This document shows positions 30,690 through 45,656 of a DNA stretch of 64,000 bases, piece after piece. The DNA is from Octopus vulgaris (Eukaryota), in assembly GCA_951406725.2 (NCBI GenBank), contig OX597826.1, positions 81,778,001-81,842,000 of the forward strand. The letters run 5' to 3'. Position 1 is the stretch's first letter. Every line of letters starts with the position of its first letter. The notes under the pieces were generated by a model. That model was given only the letters and a program-made list of their open reading frames with translations, ran no database searches and was not told the origin of the DNA. The position numbers and the translations under genes were made by a program.

Positions 30690-30753
<64 letters not shown>

Positions 30754-30868
30754 GAACGTATATCTATGCACACATAGAGACGTATAGTTATAACCTCACG
30801 CACACACATCTATTCATTCGTCTCGATATCAGCTTTGCCTTATTGCGCATATTGGTCGAGAAATAAGC

Positions 30869-30917
<49 letters not shown>

Positions 30918-32965
30918 GTCATAAAAACACACGTGCACACATGCACTCGCGCACACATACACACGCACGCTCGCACGCACGCACGCACTCCGCAATCTTC
31001 GCAATACGACTGATATCAACTTTGTTTAACTTTCCAAACCTAATGCATTTTATGAAAGAACATAAGTGTCTCAACAATTCCTAGCCTGGAGAGAAGCTTC
31101 ATTATTTTTCTTGCTGCTTTTCTAAAGGTTTACTTTTCTTTTCTTTGTTTTTTCTTCTCTCTCCGAAGTAATAAACGCAAAGTTCTTAGATACGGAGCTG
31201 CAAATATATTTCCTCAACACATCAATTACGACTGATTGTTTTTGTTGCATTTTATTATTGCTATCGTTATCATCTTCAACTCCATATGTATTATCATTTT
31301 GATTTTATTATTTTGCTTCTGAAGAATATTCCGTCAAGTAAACCAAGAATTATTGCGCATGGAATTTATTCAATGAAAGACGCAGGATAAATATGCATTC
31401 TATTCTCCCAGACTGTCTAATGATTATAATATAGAGAATTCCTGCTTTTGTTTCGGTTTCATTGTTCGCTAAATCTTCATATTTATTCTCTCTCAATAAC
31501 TTCTCTATTTTGTCCTGTTCTTTAATCTTTTGTCAATTTCGGTCGGTATTCTTTCTTAAGCAGTCTAGATAAAAGGTGGAGGAGCTAAACAATAAGGGTT
31601 ACTCACTCATTTCTTTAAAGTTGATTTGGTCGTAAACGCCATTAGACCGCAAAGGTACCACAGGAAAACCACATTATTGCAACGTACGGAAGGGGATAAT
31701 TCTTCTCAAACAGCTAATCTGGTCCGAATGTCAACAACAGAGTGGCCTAAAGCACCCAAGGGCCAGATAATGGTAGTGGATTTGTAAGCTGGACATGGGT
31801 ACGGCAAAGTGCTGGTGAACAAAATATGGACTTCGTGTGCCTCTTCTTGTACACTTGGCTATATGCAGCCTGAGAGAATGTTATCGAATTCTTTGCATTT
31901 ATACCTCTCTAAAATACAATATATGTCAGGTGGCACAGAGGGGTGGAGGGTGAAGTTCAATGAACAGAATTTTAAACTTCAATGGAAATGGGATGAGTTC
32001 TGGCGGGAAACGAAGCTTTCGAATTGCAAATACCACTCTTGGTTTCACTGAAAAACGGTTTTGTTCTCCTTTTGTTCAGATTCAATGGAATATTTTTGTG
32101 AGGAGAGTATAAAAATGAGAAATGGAAGTAAAATATTAAAGGAATAGGAAATGTGAATACAATGTGATTAACCACTGAGAAACGAACCTACAACTCGCAC
32201 GCCCGTATAATGTAAATGTGGTCTGTCCTACGTTCTGTTCTTCTTTAGTCAACAAAACAACAATTTCAATTTATAGAAAAATTAAATTAAATTAAATTAT
32301 AAAAAATAATGAAAAAAATTATTGGGAATGGCTTTGACATTAAAAAGAAAACAAGATAAGAAAAATTGCGCAAAAATTATTTCTTTGTAGCTTTTCATAA
32401 AGTACTTTTAATATGTCTGATTTGTATTGCTGATTGCCATCTAGTGGAGATTATTTTGAATTTATTTACTTTTCCCCAGAATTATATTCCTCAAGTAATT
32501 CTATGTAAGTAAAGACATCGACCGATCTTGAAAGCGGTTTATTTTTTCACTGTGTCTGTTTAAATTACATTAAGAGATTAAAGAAACTAATAAAAGTATT
32601 TCAGAAATAACATTAAAAAAAAGAACGATATAATGAAGATTCAAAACTGGTCTGGTGCCAAAAAGGCAATTAAGAAAGAGGTTCCAAGTAATGATTATAA
32701 ACTTGAGAAAACATAGACACATGCTCCTACATGTTGTGATTATTAATTTATGTATATGTATATGTGTGTGTGTGTGTTTGTTTGCGTATGTGTGTGTATG
32801 TATGTGTACGTGTGTCTGTGCGCGCACTTGTGTTGGTTTTATGAATAAGTGTATCTTTTCAAATGGTACGACTGTACGTGTGTACAGGTAAATAGTATCC
32901 TCTTTTTACGAACATATACACACATCTCTCTCACCCACTATCTCTCTCTCTCTCTCTCTCTCTCT

Positions 32966-32997
<32 letters not shown>

Positions 32998-34094
32998 CAT
33001 TGGCACATGCAATAAGTGCGAGAATCAGTCATGCACACACATTTATATGGAGTAAACTATTTCATGATGTAAATGGGGATTTGTATCCTATCAAGATGAA
33101 ACAAGTTGGAATCAGCGCTCATAATAATTAACTGATGAGATACTTCTGTAGAATTTGCTTCATTAAAACGTTACATTTCTAAGCATTAACGTTCCCACAT
33201 TGATATTAAAATTATAATGTGTATTACTAAAAGTTTAAACATAAGTAAGTTTAGTGAGTCAGATATTCAAGTAAATGTGTCCCTTTGACGGTTATGCCAG
33301 TTTCTTGATCGACACTTACAGAATCGAATTTGAAACCAATGTCAAACATAAGCAATAGATGAGCCGGTCCCGTCTCTACCATCTCCGGTTTAGAAAGCAA
33401 ACAGTCGAAACTTTATGCATTCATTCAATACCTTGGCTCATAGCAGTGACGATATGAGTTTTTTTTCGCCAAATCCCTCAAGCAGAAATTATACAACACG
33501 AAAATTCTAAGTTATTCGCATAAAATTCACCGGGGAACAGGAAACATGGAAATTAATGTATCTTGGAAAAAGGACGAACGTCAGTTATTTATATACACAT
33601 TAAAAACAAAGAAAAAGGGGAAAAATGAGTGCGCACGCACACAAACGCACATGCAGAGAAACAGAGGGAAAGAAGGAGAGGTGAGAGAAATGGTGAGAGA
33701 GGGGGAGGAAAAAGAGAGAGAGAGAGATCTATTTTAGAAAACTGCAGGCAACCAAAACAGTTATTTCTTGTTTTCCGAAGTTAAAATTGATACCAAAGAC
33801 GACAATAGTTTAACAGGAAAATACATCGAAAGAATCCCATCCACCAAGGAATATTCTGTGACTGTTAGAGCGGGCAAAATGAAGACAGCTTCTTTCTCCT
33901 TCTTTTGCACAATTCTAACACTGTTGTACACGTCTTACTTTTCCGGGTTTTCTTCTCGTTTTGTTCAGTTGCTCTTTTGTTTTTATTTGACATTTGAAGC
34001 TAAAAGCTAAGTTTGGAATATCGATTTCACTCTTCAAACACGCTGTTTTATCAAAATTCTAAACCAAATTCCCCTTTCTCGTCAGTATTCAAAT

Positions 34095-34300
34095 AAGACG
34101 TCCATTTCTCAGAAGAAAACCTCCATGTGACTACTAAATGGAGTTGCTAGAAATAGCTGAAAAATCTGCCTCAAACCATAACCCCATCGTTGTAAAAGAG
34201 GAAGAGATCGTGATTAAATAAATGGTTGGATGATCACGGCTGGAATGTATTTGATCACAGGTTGGTTAGATGAAGCCTCGCTTGACCTAAACAGCAACTA
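34095..34300 (+). repeat. Old dispersed repeat (tgctagaaatagc...gctggaatg..tttgatca..ggt...ctaaaca)
   Basis: Degenerate relatives are visible at about 21190-21430 (+), 38690-38890 (-), 39170-39260 (-) and 52145-52330 (-). Confidence 0.45.
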
Positions 34301-34494
34301 TGATATTATAATGTTGATACATTACAATATTTTATTGTCATACAAAATTATGATGAAGCCATACCTTCTCATGGTTATCTTAAATATCAGCCCCACACTC
34401 ATTATATTCGCAGATTTCAAAAGTTTCACTCATCTTATTGGACTTTACCTTCTCCAAAGTCTTTTAGATTCTAAACATGCAAGCTTATTTACTA

Positions 34495-34935
34495 ATCATT
34501 CATCATTCATTGTTCGACCGTGGTCGAGACAATGGAATTTACTATGTTACGCGAGACCTCACGGTCCATCATGGCATTACGGAGGTCCTGTTGCTGGATG
34601 CCTGTATCCCTGGAGATTACATCAGGGTAGGAGAGTGTGCGCCTTCTGGTATCGCGAGCAGATGGCTTCCAGAGGAGAAAAGTAGAAATTACCTCGTTTT
34701 CAGCTCTACAACAATGTCCAGCAAACTGGACTCTTCTACCTTTCACAAGAGATGATACAGGTGGTAGTTTCCCATATATTTGTACTTTGGTTGGATGACA
34801 CTTCCACGAGAGATTTTGAGCTCTCATAAAGAGGTGAGTGTAAGTTCCATCCAGCCGCTTCTCAAGCTTCTTTGATATCGTCCAGGCTTCTGAGCCATAT
34901 AGTAGAATCTTCAAAGCCACAGTCGAACCAATTTA
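34495..34935 (-). mobile_element. RTE-type LINE, 3' fragment
   Basis: ORF ILLYGSEAWT..LDGTYTHL..RRVQFAGHCCRA..AMMDREV is an RTE ORF C-terminus, followed by a short (TGA)-type tail. Confidence 0.88.
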
Positions 34936-35739
34936 CTAATAATCTCAACTAGTAGAAGCTTTCAATATTATGTTTGTTTTCATATTTATGATGATGAAAG
35001 CTTCCCTCAAATGTTTCCTCTCGATCATACTAACGCGTTAGACGTGATGGTCACGGCCATGTGAAACGTATCTGCTATGTCATAATAGACGTTGAAATGC
35101 AATTACTGGATCAACCACAGCAGAAAACATGAGATAAATCAACTAAGGAGGCAGTGCACGGGAGTAAAGGATATTTAGAGATCTACTCTCCGCGTGTGGA
35201 CATACATCCGAGCCATAACGTTCCTTTGTTCACATCAACCTTACCACCAACTCTTCGGGAATTGAAAAATTAGTGTGTTCTCAAATATTTCTTCTCAAAT
35301 ATTTGCGATATACCTGAACCTCGTAATTCTTAATGACCTAAATCTGCCAGAGATTTGTTGACCTTATCGGTATATCAAGTCGAAATGTTTGGAGCTGAAT
35401 AAGATAGATGTGGCAAATCATTTCAAATATTAACAATAAAAAAATGACTAATAAAATGAAATCGTTTATTTTCTTAAAACAATCGCTATCTCAACGCACT
35501 GGAAAACAAGCAAACAGCAGCAGTAGATATCGTAGTCATCTGGGGAAATCTGCGATGGTCAGGTGCGATGGGTCTTATGTAAACACGCACATAAGTATGT
35601 ATAATGTACGAATGCATATGTGTGTGGGTGTAAGCACATGTATATATATATATATATACATACACACACATATTTTTGTGCACATATATAGTTACAGACA
35701 CAGACGGATATATATATATATATATATATATACATATGT

Positions 35740-35773
<34 letters not shown>

Positions 35774-37053
35774 GCATAAATACATATGAGCTAAGCTAAA
35801 AAAAATCAGACAGTAGAAACAGAACGTGCTTTCATTGTTATTGTTATGTCAGGTGAATATTTTCGCCAACTTACACCGACTTAATAAGATGAGGCCTTTT
35901 GTATAAAATAAAAACCAATACCGTTGTCGTATACAATAGAAATGTCCTAGCATCGGAATGTTCTTTCTTTGCCAATATTTATATCTGAAAATTGTGAGAT
36001 CTGTGATAAATGGCATTTGAATAACATTTCTGCTATAAAACGAAGAATAAATGTCAAAACGTGAAAATATAAATATGAAAATGTCCTGTTTTATCTTATA
36101 TCTTCAGCACAGCGAGAGGGAAACAGACGACTGTAAAAAAGAGATTGAAACCGTGTAGGGATATAGAAATATTCTCCATCTCTCTCTCTCATACACATAT
36201 CCACATATACATATGTGTGTGTTTATATATATATATATATGTACATGTATATCATCTTTTACTATATGCATGTATATATGCTTATATATATATATATACA
36301 CACATGTATATACGCACGCACACACATATACGAGCATGTGCATAAAGAGAGAAAGTGAGAGAGAGAGAGAGAATGAGAGTGAAGCTTATAGACGACGGGC
36401 GATGGAGAGGGAGTTACAAGAATAAAATGCGGTGCGTGATCGAGAATTAGCGACCATCGCAGACAGAGACGAGATGGGCTTCAGAAAGATAAGAAAATAA
36501 ATAAAAATAAACATATAACACATTATAATACAAGATAAAATCTGGGTACAATTGAAGAGATCGCTATGAAGAAATATAGAAAGGGAAAAAAAGACATCGA
36601 CAGAAGCTGCAACTGAAACGAACCAGCGGAGAAGAGAGAAAGAATAAATTTTGTAAAGAATCCTTTGATTCAATGGATAAGTAGATTCATTACGAGGACA
36701 AACGGATGTGTTATTAGCCGTAATGATGGAATAGATATTAAATCAAACCTGAAAGGGGCGGACAGTCCGCCAACGACGAGTGTTCTACGCATTCTCCTAC
36801 GACCTGTTAGGAATATCAGCCAAATCTGCACTAAATTATTGCACGTTTTTTTTTTTAATTGAAGAAAATATTAGGTTTAGTAAATATTATTTGTATCCTG
36901 GAGAAAAATAAAAGTGACGACAAGGAATACCTCCGAACAATTGTCTACGAAGTCCGTTTAAACCGGGATCATCACTGGTGGAAAACGTTTATAAGATTTA
37001 TGCTCAAAAGGTTTACAGCTACAGAAATCTCGCACAAACAACATACACACAGG

Positions 37054-37097
<44 letters not shown>

Positions 37098-37099
37098 TA

Positions 37100-37830
37100 C
37101 ATGTTGTCCGAAAATGCCATCACGTTATTATCTGCCGACGAGACATGATGCTGTAGCTAGGACACTCTATAATGAAATCCGTCCGAAAGATAATCTTGAG
37201 GACAAAGAAATAAGAAGCCACGGGAGAACAGAAGCCATAACCACTCATAATAAAAGGAATTCTGGTGGAATGCCTCAGTGAAGACCTCAATAAAATGTAA
37301 GCACAACAGACCTGATATAAGGATTTAGGATAAAGAAGAGAAATTGTGCACAGTTGTGGAAATTAGCTGCCAAGCGGATGTTAAGTGAAAAAGAGAACAC
37401 CTACGCTGAACTATTGAGAAATCTGCAGCTACCCTATCCAGACTGCAACTTTAGGTTGATACTTGTAATTATTCGGGCCCTGGGATATGTAACACACTGC
37501 CTAAATGCCAATCTTAAGTAATTAGGCTTCTCAAAACCAGAAAGGGGAAAGCTAATTCGAAGACTACAGATCCGATCTATCACTAGAACTGTAAAAATCT
37601 GTAAAACTTTCCGGCAGTTTATTATTTAAATATATATGAGCGTGTCTAGATATGCAACTATATGCATGGGAATGCATGCATAAAGCAAAACATACAACTC
37701 TGCACATATGCATGCATACATACAAAAATACCCAGTCGTTGATGTTGAAATTCCAATGAAAAGCCTTGGATCTAGGTTGGAAATCGACCCTTTCTCTATT
37801 GGCAAGAAATTTTAAATAAAACTGAACAAT
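37100..37830 (+). mobile_element. R4/Dong-type non-LTR retrotransposon, 3' fragment with restriction-like endonuclease
   Basis: Broken peptides CPKM..RYYLPTRHDAVA, HNRPDI..VVEISC, KENTYAEL, ALGYV and TVKICKTF give the RHD and PD-(D/E) motifs of RLE elements. Confidence 0.85.
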
Positions 37831-37882
37831 GACAGACAGACAGGCAGGTAGACACACACACACACGCACGCACGTACGCATG

Positions 37883-38076
37883 CATACATACATACATACA
37901 TACATACATACATACATACATACATACATACATACATACATACATACATACATACATACATACATACATACATACATACATACATACATACATACATACA
38001 TACATACATACATACATACATACATACATACATACATACATACATACATACATACATACATACATACATACATACA

Positions 38077-38106
<30 letters not shown>
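37883..38106. repeat. (CATA)n microsatellite, more than 50 units
   Basis: Read directly. Confidence 0.97.
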
Positions 38107-38107
<1 letters not shown>

Positions 38108-41100
38108 ATGGAAGCATAATCATCCAGTGTTTCAGATGATATTTATGACAGTTGAGGCGGTTGGTAAAGATCTCAGATCTAGCATCAAGATGTACCTCTT
38201 AAGTTTTTAAAAAATTGAAAACTGGCGGAAAACTTGTAATTTATGAGTAAATTAGAGGTATTTGCTGTACAATGTAAAAATTTATTGGTATAAAAGTGTG
38301 TCTTATATATTATTAGCGAGTTCTCTGAACATTGAAGGTGAAAAGCGCAAAGGCTGTAGGAATTGAAAATGTCCTTTAATAGGTTAAAAATGAGAAAAGA
38401 AAGAGTTTGCCACTTGATGCTGGTAAATCATTGAGTTATAAACTATTCAATCAACTGGTTGTGTAATCTTCCAGAATTTCGGTGATTTTTATAAACGCAA
38501 TATCAGTACGATGCTCTTTTCGACAACATATAAACCTGCAATATTAGTTGAAATTTTTCTAATCTCAAATTCATTGGTACGTTCTTTCACATTACACATA
38601 TAATTGCAGAGAAATATCTTAAAAAGGAAAAGCAAACACGCCCTTATGGTGTGTACTTTCTTTTTAAGACAGTAAATTGTGATTCAATAGAATGAATTTC
38701 GGCTGCTAATTCAAGCTGGTTGAGGTTTCAAGTTGTATTCTTGGAAGTAAAGATGAAGGTGGAAAAGTGGGGCAGAAGTAATGCTGACCTTAGCGGATGT
38801 TGCAGTATTCTTGTTACTAGTTACAGCTGTCAATATTTAACCCTAATCTAGATCTTATCACGTAGAATGGTGATCAAAGGTGTTCTGATCTTGAGATCTC
38901 CCTCATTATGGCAACTCAAGCAATAAAATAAATCTTTTGTTTTTTTGTTGAGCTGAAAGTATTTCAGTAGGAGGCGAGTAACGGAGTGAATATCTTGTCT
39001 AGTGATGTGTTAGTATTTTGATGTTGTTTTTTTACTCTCAAATGAACCCTGATCGAAGGGATCAATTAGTAGAAACCATAGAGATCTCACATACAATATC
39101 CAGATAATTTATCAAAGTTTATGATATCCAACATGTTGATTTTACTAACATATTAGTTGTAATTTATGGGGTATTTGGCTGCTCTTTCTACCTGGTTGTT
39201 TTATAAGAGCCACGTCAGACGTTGATCTTGCAGATCTATCCTCCAAGGTTATTCTATTGAAGACCCTCATTTATATTTTTGAAGATTTATGCAGCAACCT
39301 AGAACCCCATTACCAAAAAGGTTAGGCGATGAGTTGGCTGATTCGTTAAAGTGACATAGGGAAGGCATGGCGGTATTGTTTCCGGATCTCAATCTACTGC
39401 GTTCAGATACCCCATAGCTTTGGCTTTCGGATCGAAAGATACGATGACACCAGAAAGTGTCAATGTACACCACAACAAATAAAGAATAGAAATGTGCTTC
39501 TTCTCTTTTACGATGGCTGTATGAATTTTTTTTAGATCATTTCACTTGTTCTGTCAGGTTAAATGGTCGTATAGGATCTCTCTCTCTCTCTCTCTCTCTC
39601 GCTCGCTCGTATTCTTCCAGGCTGTGATATTGCGTAGTGAACTCCCTTGTGGTCTCAGAAGTTTAATCAGTTCGAAGATTAATATCGATTTACATTTGAA
39701 TAAATACAATGAACGAAACAGTTCAGGTGATAGAGATTTATATTACTTACATCGGCAAAATCTCTCAGCATTTACTATGGCATGTGAAGTAAAAGTGGGT
39801 TTTGTGTATCACTTATGCGATATATTCCTTTCTGACGTAACTGAAGCGAAATAACTACAACCGGGAAATGAAGCTCGCTCAACTGACTGAAACCATAGCG
39901 ACATTTATGGATCTCGCTTCAGTTTTATTTCATTAGCCACCGATGCTTCAGAGAGGTTTTTCGCGAGATGGGAAATGAGTAAATTATTACGTGTATCCAT
40001 ACAAATCGAATGAGTAGCAGCATGTAAAAGAGAAAATAAATGTAAATTCCTTGCAAATGAAAAGCCGAACCTGTAAAGAATCTCTCTGTTTCCTCTACGA
40101 CATTCACATGTGTATATGAAAATAATATCAAATTATATTCGAAGCCCTAACAAAATAGATACGGTCCATGCGAATGAAATAAGTGAAATTATAAGTAATA
40201 TTAATGTTCATGTACATCCGTACATATATATACATGTATGCGCATAGCTGCATACACGCACTCACACACAAACATACACCCATACATGTACACACTTACA
40301 CGCATGCATACACCTATATATACAAATGTACACGAAAACATAAAATGAACCGGGTACATTAGGATTCTCTATGGAAAATGGTTTCAGAAAGAAAATGAAA
40401 ATATGAGAAATATGACTGGAAATACATTTCTATTAATATATATATATGTATATGTGTGTGTATGTTTGTTTCTTTATTATATGTATGATGCTTGAACATG
40501 TAAGTGAAGAAGAGGGTTTGGGTTAGAGACTGTGACTGTATTCATATCGGCCTAAAAGACGGTATTGTTGTCAATGTCCTGCACAACCGTTTCTTGTACA
40601 TTATCCTTCAAGCAGGATTTCGTTATAATTAACCCAAACCCATGAAGGTTATGTGTCTGCATCATCATAGACCATTTCAAATAATTAACCCAGTAAGAGG
40701 TAAAAATATTCTCTGTATGCGTGTGTATGTGTGTGTGAATGTGTGTATGTGTATCTTTGTGTGCCTCCGCGTGTCCGTACGCAAGCAATCCTGATTATAT
40801 GTTTCAGGTGTTTTACCCCTCCTTTGCCTACCTTCACAAAACTATAAACAGACTTAACTCTTGCTTAACCTCTTAACCCTCCGATGCGCTCGATTTTTCG
40901 CAAATTAATGAAGGATAATAATCAACAGAAATAATTATAACAAATTCTAGAAAATATTAAAAAACCGTACACAATAGATTAAGGAAGCTCTGTGTCCCCG
41001 AAATATACGTCTAGTTCTTTTGTTACTCTTTCCTTCCATTGTTTTATATAAAGCACCAAAATATTAAATAGCGGCAATTTCACTCCCTTCTTTTATTAGT

Positions 41101-41877
41101 TTGATGTTTGCATTCTCTTCTTTTTCTTTTCCGATTTTTCTGATCAAACTTTACTGCCATACACTGTTATATTCATCCTCAATAATTCTTGACTTTCGGC
41201 TGAGAAAAATGACAAAATCTTTGGTTATATTATCGCTGGTGCCACCTGGAATTCAATACTGATTCAGTCTTCAAACTGAAGCAATAAAGGATCCCCCATC
41301 GCAACATCACACTTCTGCTCCCAATCAATTTGCAGAATCAATCACGTCGATGCCGATGTACATCGATTCTGTTAAACGTTCATTTTTGTCCCAAACATAG
41401 CTAAATTGCAGTTCTCTTCCGTTATTAAACTTATTTTCATTGCGGTCAAATCTTTCAATAATCTCAAGCGAGATGTTTAAAACACTTGTCAATCCTGTTT
41501 ATGACTTTGTTCGGGAGTATCCCTGGATTCTTATCGTTGCCTGGAGAACGGGCGATGGTTGTAAATAAATGCGTGATATTTCCGTTCGCAAACGAGTTTA
41601 GCGAGGAATTGAGATAAAATATTGAGGGCAGAGAAAGCTACTGGCTCTTAATTGATCACTAACAGATATTTCCGTGTGCAAGGTCCAAGAACTTTAATTA
41701 AATTCTATACATTAACGGTTACTTACAATGAATTGAATAGCATTTATTAAAGTTGATGAAAGACCATATAATTCAAATGAAACTAAAACGGAAGATAACC
41801 AAAGCCACAACAACAATGTATGTGCCAGATCGTGTGCATAATATGCGTGTATGTGCATTCATATGTATATACATATG

Positions 41878-41920
<43 letters not shown>

Positions 41921-41923
<3 letters not shown>

Positions 41924-42084
41924 AGAGTTTACGAAAAAAAACAAAAGACGAAGACAGGCGGTGTACAAAAACAAACAGATGTATTAGTATAACGCTCAGG
42001 AATAGAAAAATCTCTTTTACGTTTCGAGCTTATGCTCTTCTACAGAAAGGGACACAGAAAAAACAAGGCGAGAAACAAGTGTAT

Positions 42085-42085
<1 letters not shown>
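41921..42085 (-). mobile_element. Solo Penelope-like terminal repeat with hammerhead-like motif (42012-42051)
   Basis: Homologous to 23975-24140 and 61047-61182, and embedded in (TA)n on both sides. Confidence 0.8.
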
Positions 42086-42153
<68 letters not shown>

Positions 42154-42158
42154 TATAT

Positions 42159-42360
42159 ACACTGCGTTTCAAATTATTAACGACGTAATATCTTTTTTAT
42201 CTTATTTAGAAACTTCTCGTTCGAATTCAACGAAATTTCCACAGAATGATGGCAAAGTTTGTATGCGTTAGGTCTTCTGCAAGTGTAAACAAACTGTGGC
42301 CATTTGCATGATTTCCACGAACTTTCAGTGTTCCAAATTATTAACGAATGCTCTGATAAT
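42159..42360 (+). mobile_element. Probable left end of an IR/DR Tc1-like transposon
   Basis: TA|CACTGCGTTTCAAATTATTAACGA, with an internal direct repeat cagtgttccaaattattaacga at about 42326. No right end was found. Confidence 0.45.
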
Positions 42361-42669
42361 CGTGTAATTATGGGTCATAAATGCGACTTGATTGCCTCAG
42401 AGAAATCTGTTTAATCTTCGATTAGATCTTTCCCTGAATGTAAATGTGGGTGGTTTTTCGAGGTTATTCTTCTTTCGGAATGGTTTTTTTAATCTAATAT
42501 CTTAACAGCCGGACACGCAATGTTCAGACATAAAAACAGAGTTTGCAGTTTCCAAAGTTACACATACGCATAACATTACAAGCGCACATCGTTAAACGGC
42601 TATGATTATTTTTCTACACACACACACACTCTCTCTCTCACTCACTCACTCACTCACACACACACACAT

Positions 42670-42703
<34 letters not shown>

Positions 42704-43024
42704 GTGATGTGCAGAAACAAAAGACCTGGTAATTCAATCCGCAAAGCATGACTCCGATTAGAGATGGATTTAAGGGACATTTGTACATGATAGATTAAAA
42801 ATATATAAATTCACAGACTTTTTAAAAAACTCTGCAAGTAAATAACCATATTAAAGAAAATATACATGCGTAAAGTAATAGATTCTAAAGAATGCGCTCC
42901 TCATCGTCTCTTTTCGTTCGTTTCTATCACCGCTTCAGACTTTCTCCAATATTTTTACCTATACACGCATGTTTTATCGTTTTCATGTCTGCGTCCGGAA
43001 ATTCTTTAAAATCTATTACTTTAA

Positions 43025-43062
<38 letters not shown>

Positions 43063-43341
43063 ACATACAGTTTTATAAAAAACATGTCTGTGAATTTATA
43101 TATCTTTATTCTATCGTGTACATTTGTCCTTTAAATCCATCTCTAATCGGAGTCATGTTTTGTGGATTGAATTCCCAGGTCTTTTGTTTCTTCACATATT
43201 TATATCTTTCGTCTCAAGTTACTCTTGAGCACTTCTAAGTTCAAACCTCTACACTATGAGAGAATTTATAATCAATCTTCTTTCTCAAAAAATTTACATA
43301 CATACATACATATATATGTTGCTGCGTTGTTGTGCCTCTAT

Positions 43342-43374
<33 letters not shown>

Positions 43375-43599
43375 GTTAAAACATGCATTCATGAGCCACA
43401 TCTGTGAGCCTATGAAGAGAATCAGTAGTGTCCATTAGCTGAAATAAAATGGAGAGAATTGTGTAGTCGTGACCCCCTCCAGGTCGAGTGGAAAATAGAT
43501 ATTAGTAGTTCCAATGTTGGAGAAATACTGTGAGAGGAATGGCTGCGGTACAGTATAGCAGGAGAGAGGCAGGCTGATAGAAGCTGGCTATTAGATATA

Positions 43600-44848
43600 C
43601 GAGGTGGGGACCCAAATGTAATCGGAAACGTTCTCTGTGGGACAAGCTCGTGTAGTTCAGGCTTTCGCCACTAGAAGCCACTTGATGCGACCCTCATGCA
43701 TTTCCCTGCCGACCGACGTCATTTTTTGGAGTCGTATTGCCGTGGTTTGTCATTGCAGTGCTTCTTCCCGGTTACTTCATTTTTGCTATGGCCGAAACGA
43801 AAGAACAGCGTGTTTCCGTGAAATTCTGTTGTCTGCTGGGGAAAACGGCGGTCGAAACAGCTGTCATACTTCAAACAGCTTACAAGTTTATGAGTGGGAA
43901 TGGTCACTTGTCGCTTGAAGACCAACCTCGTTCAGGGTGTCTGTCGACCTCCTGAACGAACGAAAACATCAGGAAAACTCATGAACTGATCTTGGAGGAC
44001 CGTCGCTGAACAATTGACGAACTTGTTGATATGACCGCTGTGTCCTGCAGCTCCTGCCAACGAAATTGGAGTGAAGAATTGCAAATGAAAAGAGTTGCTG
44101 CAAAATTTGTACCTCACTTGCCCACGGAAGATCAAAAGCAGTCACAGCTGAATGCATATCGTGAATTAAAACAGGTGGAAGTTGGTCTGGACCTTTTTTA
44201 CGCTGGTGCGGAAGCTTGTGCTACGCCTGAGACCTGGAAATGAAGTAGCAATCAAGTCAATGGAAGCACTCAATGTCACCACGTCCCGAAAAAGTCCAGG
44301 GCCAAGACGATGTTGATTTGTTTCATCGATGCGAAAGGAATTGTTCACTCATAATTTCTTGCACCTGGTCAAACTGTTAGCAAGACATTTTATTTAGCAG
44401 TTCTGAAACGTTTGTGAGACTCGGTGGGACGAAAACGCCCCGACCTGTGGCAAAGTGGAGGGTGGCGGTTTCATCCCCCTCAATGCGACAACGCATCACG
44501 CCTCAACTGTGAGACAATGTTTGATCAAAAATGGCAAGCCCCAGCCTACCCACCCTCCCTTTTCACCCTTGCTCTCTGCGACATGTTTTGTTCTCTCGGA
44601 TGAAAAAGTCTTTAAAGGAAAACGTTTTGCAGGTGTGGAGGACGTGAAGGAAAGAAAAAAAGAAAATACGACGGAGGCATCACTTTGAACAGAGTTCCAA
44701 GACTGCTTCGAACAGAAGAAAACGCGTCAGACCGATGCCTTGCTTCAAATGGAGGAATACTTTGAAAGCGACAAAAGTGTAAACGTAAAACTAAGTGAAT
44801 AAAATAATATTGCAAAATTCCGGTTTCTATTGGGCAACCCCCACCCCG
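43600..44848 (+). mobile_element. Near full-length decayed mariner transposon
   Basis: TA on both sides and imperfect TIRs (CGAGGTGGGGACCCAAA..CGGAA / TTCCGG..TTGGGCAACCCCCACCCCG). Transposase remnants EQRVSVKFC..GKTA.ET, LEDQPRSG and AAKFVPHL (WVPHEL-like motif). Confidence 0.92.
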
Positions 44849-45092
44849 TATACCAATCAATATAGAGAGGGGTATTCTTGTCCAGGGAGGTTAGAGGGGT
44901 GCGAATGCTAAGACATAGATGAGGGATGAACAAAGAAGAAAACGAGATGCCAGGCCTACAATTTGGGTAGCGATGGATAAAGTTGAGAATAAAGGAGGTA
45001 ACAAGGCGGTTGCTAAAAGAAGATAATAGAAATTGAGGATTCTGAGTAGAATGCCCATTAGCTTGAGTCACCCTGACGACGAAAACGCCTCC

Positions 45093-45130
<38 letters not shown>

Positions 45131-45136
<6 letters not shown>

Positions 45137-45656
45137 TGGTAAAGTAAAAAAATTTACTTTACCACACACCGAGCTTTTTAGAAATAGCAGCCAAAAGTTT
45201 GGCTATTTCTTCAACTGCAAGAAAAAGTCTCCCAGACAATGCATACTCAGAAATAACTCACATAGGTATAAGGGAAAAACAACGAAAGATCACATCCATA
45301 AATCCAAATCAGAAGAAATCTCTGAGCTGATGAAGGAAATGTTGGCGTTTAACCCATGAATCCAGAAACAGGCTGTCCTCGGGTATCTTATATGGATGTG
45401 ATCTTTCGTTGTTTTTCCCTTATACCTATGTGAGTTATTTCTGAGTATGCATTGTCTGGGACTTTTTCTTGCAGTTGAAGAAATAGCCAAATTTTTGGCT
45501 GCTATTTCTAAAAAGCTCGGTGTGTGGTAAAGTAAATTATTTTACTTTACCCTATTTTTATAAATTAATATTTCAATTATACCGTAAATGGTCTTTTTAC
45601 ATACAGAACACTGCTCGGTCGAATTAATTAATAATTAATTAATTCTACCCTTTTTT

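Noticed and set aside
37753-37790. CCAATGA-stem-GAAATCGA in the R4/Dong 3' UTR
   Set aside because: Two core mismatches and no convincing stem I or stem III in this copy.
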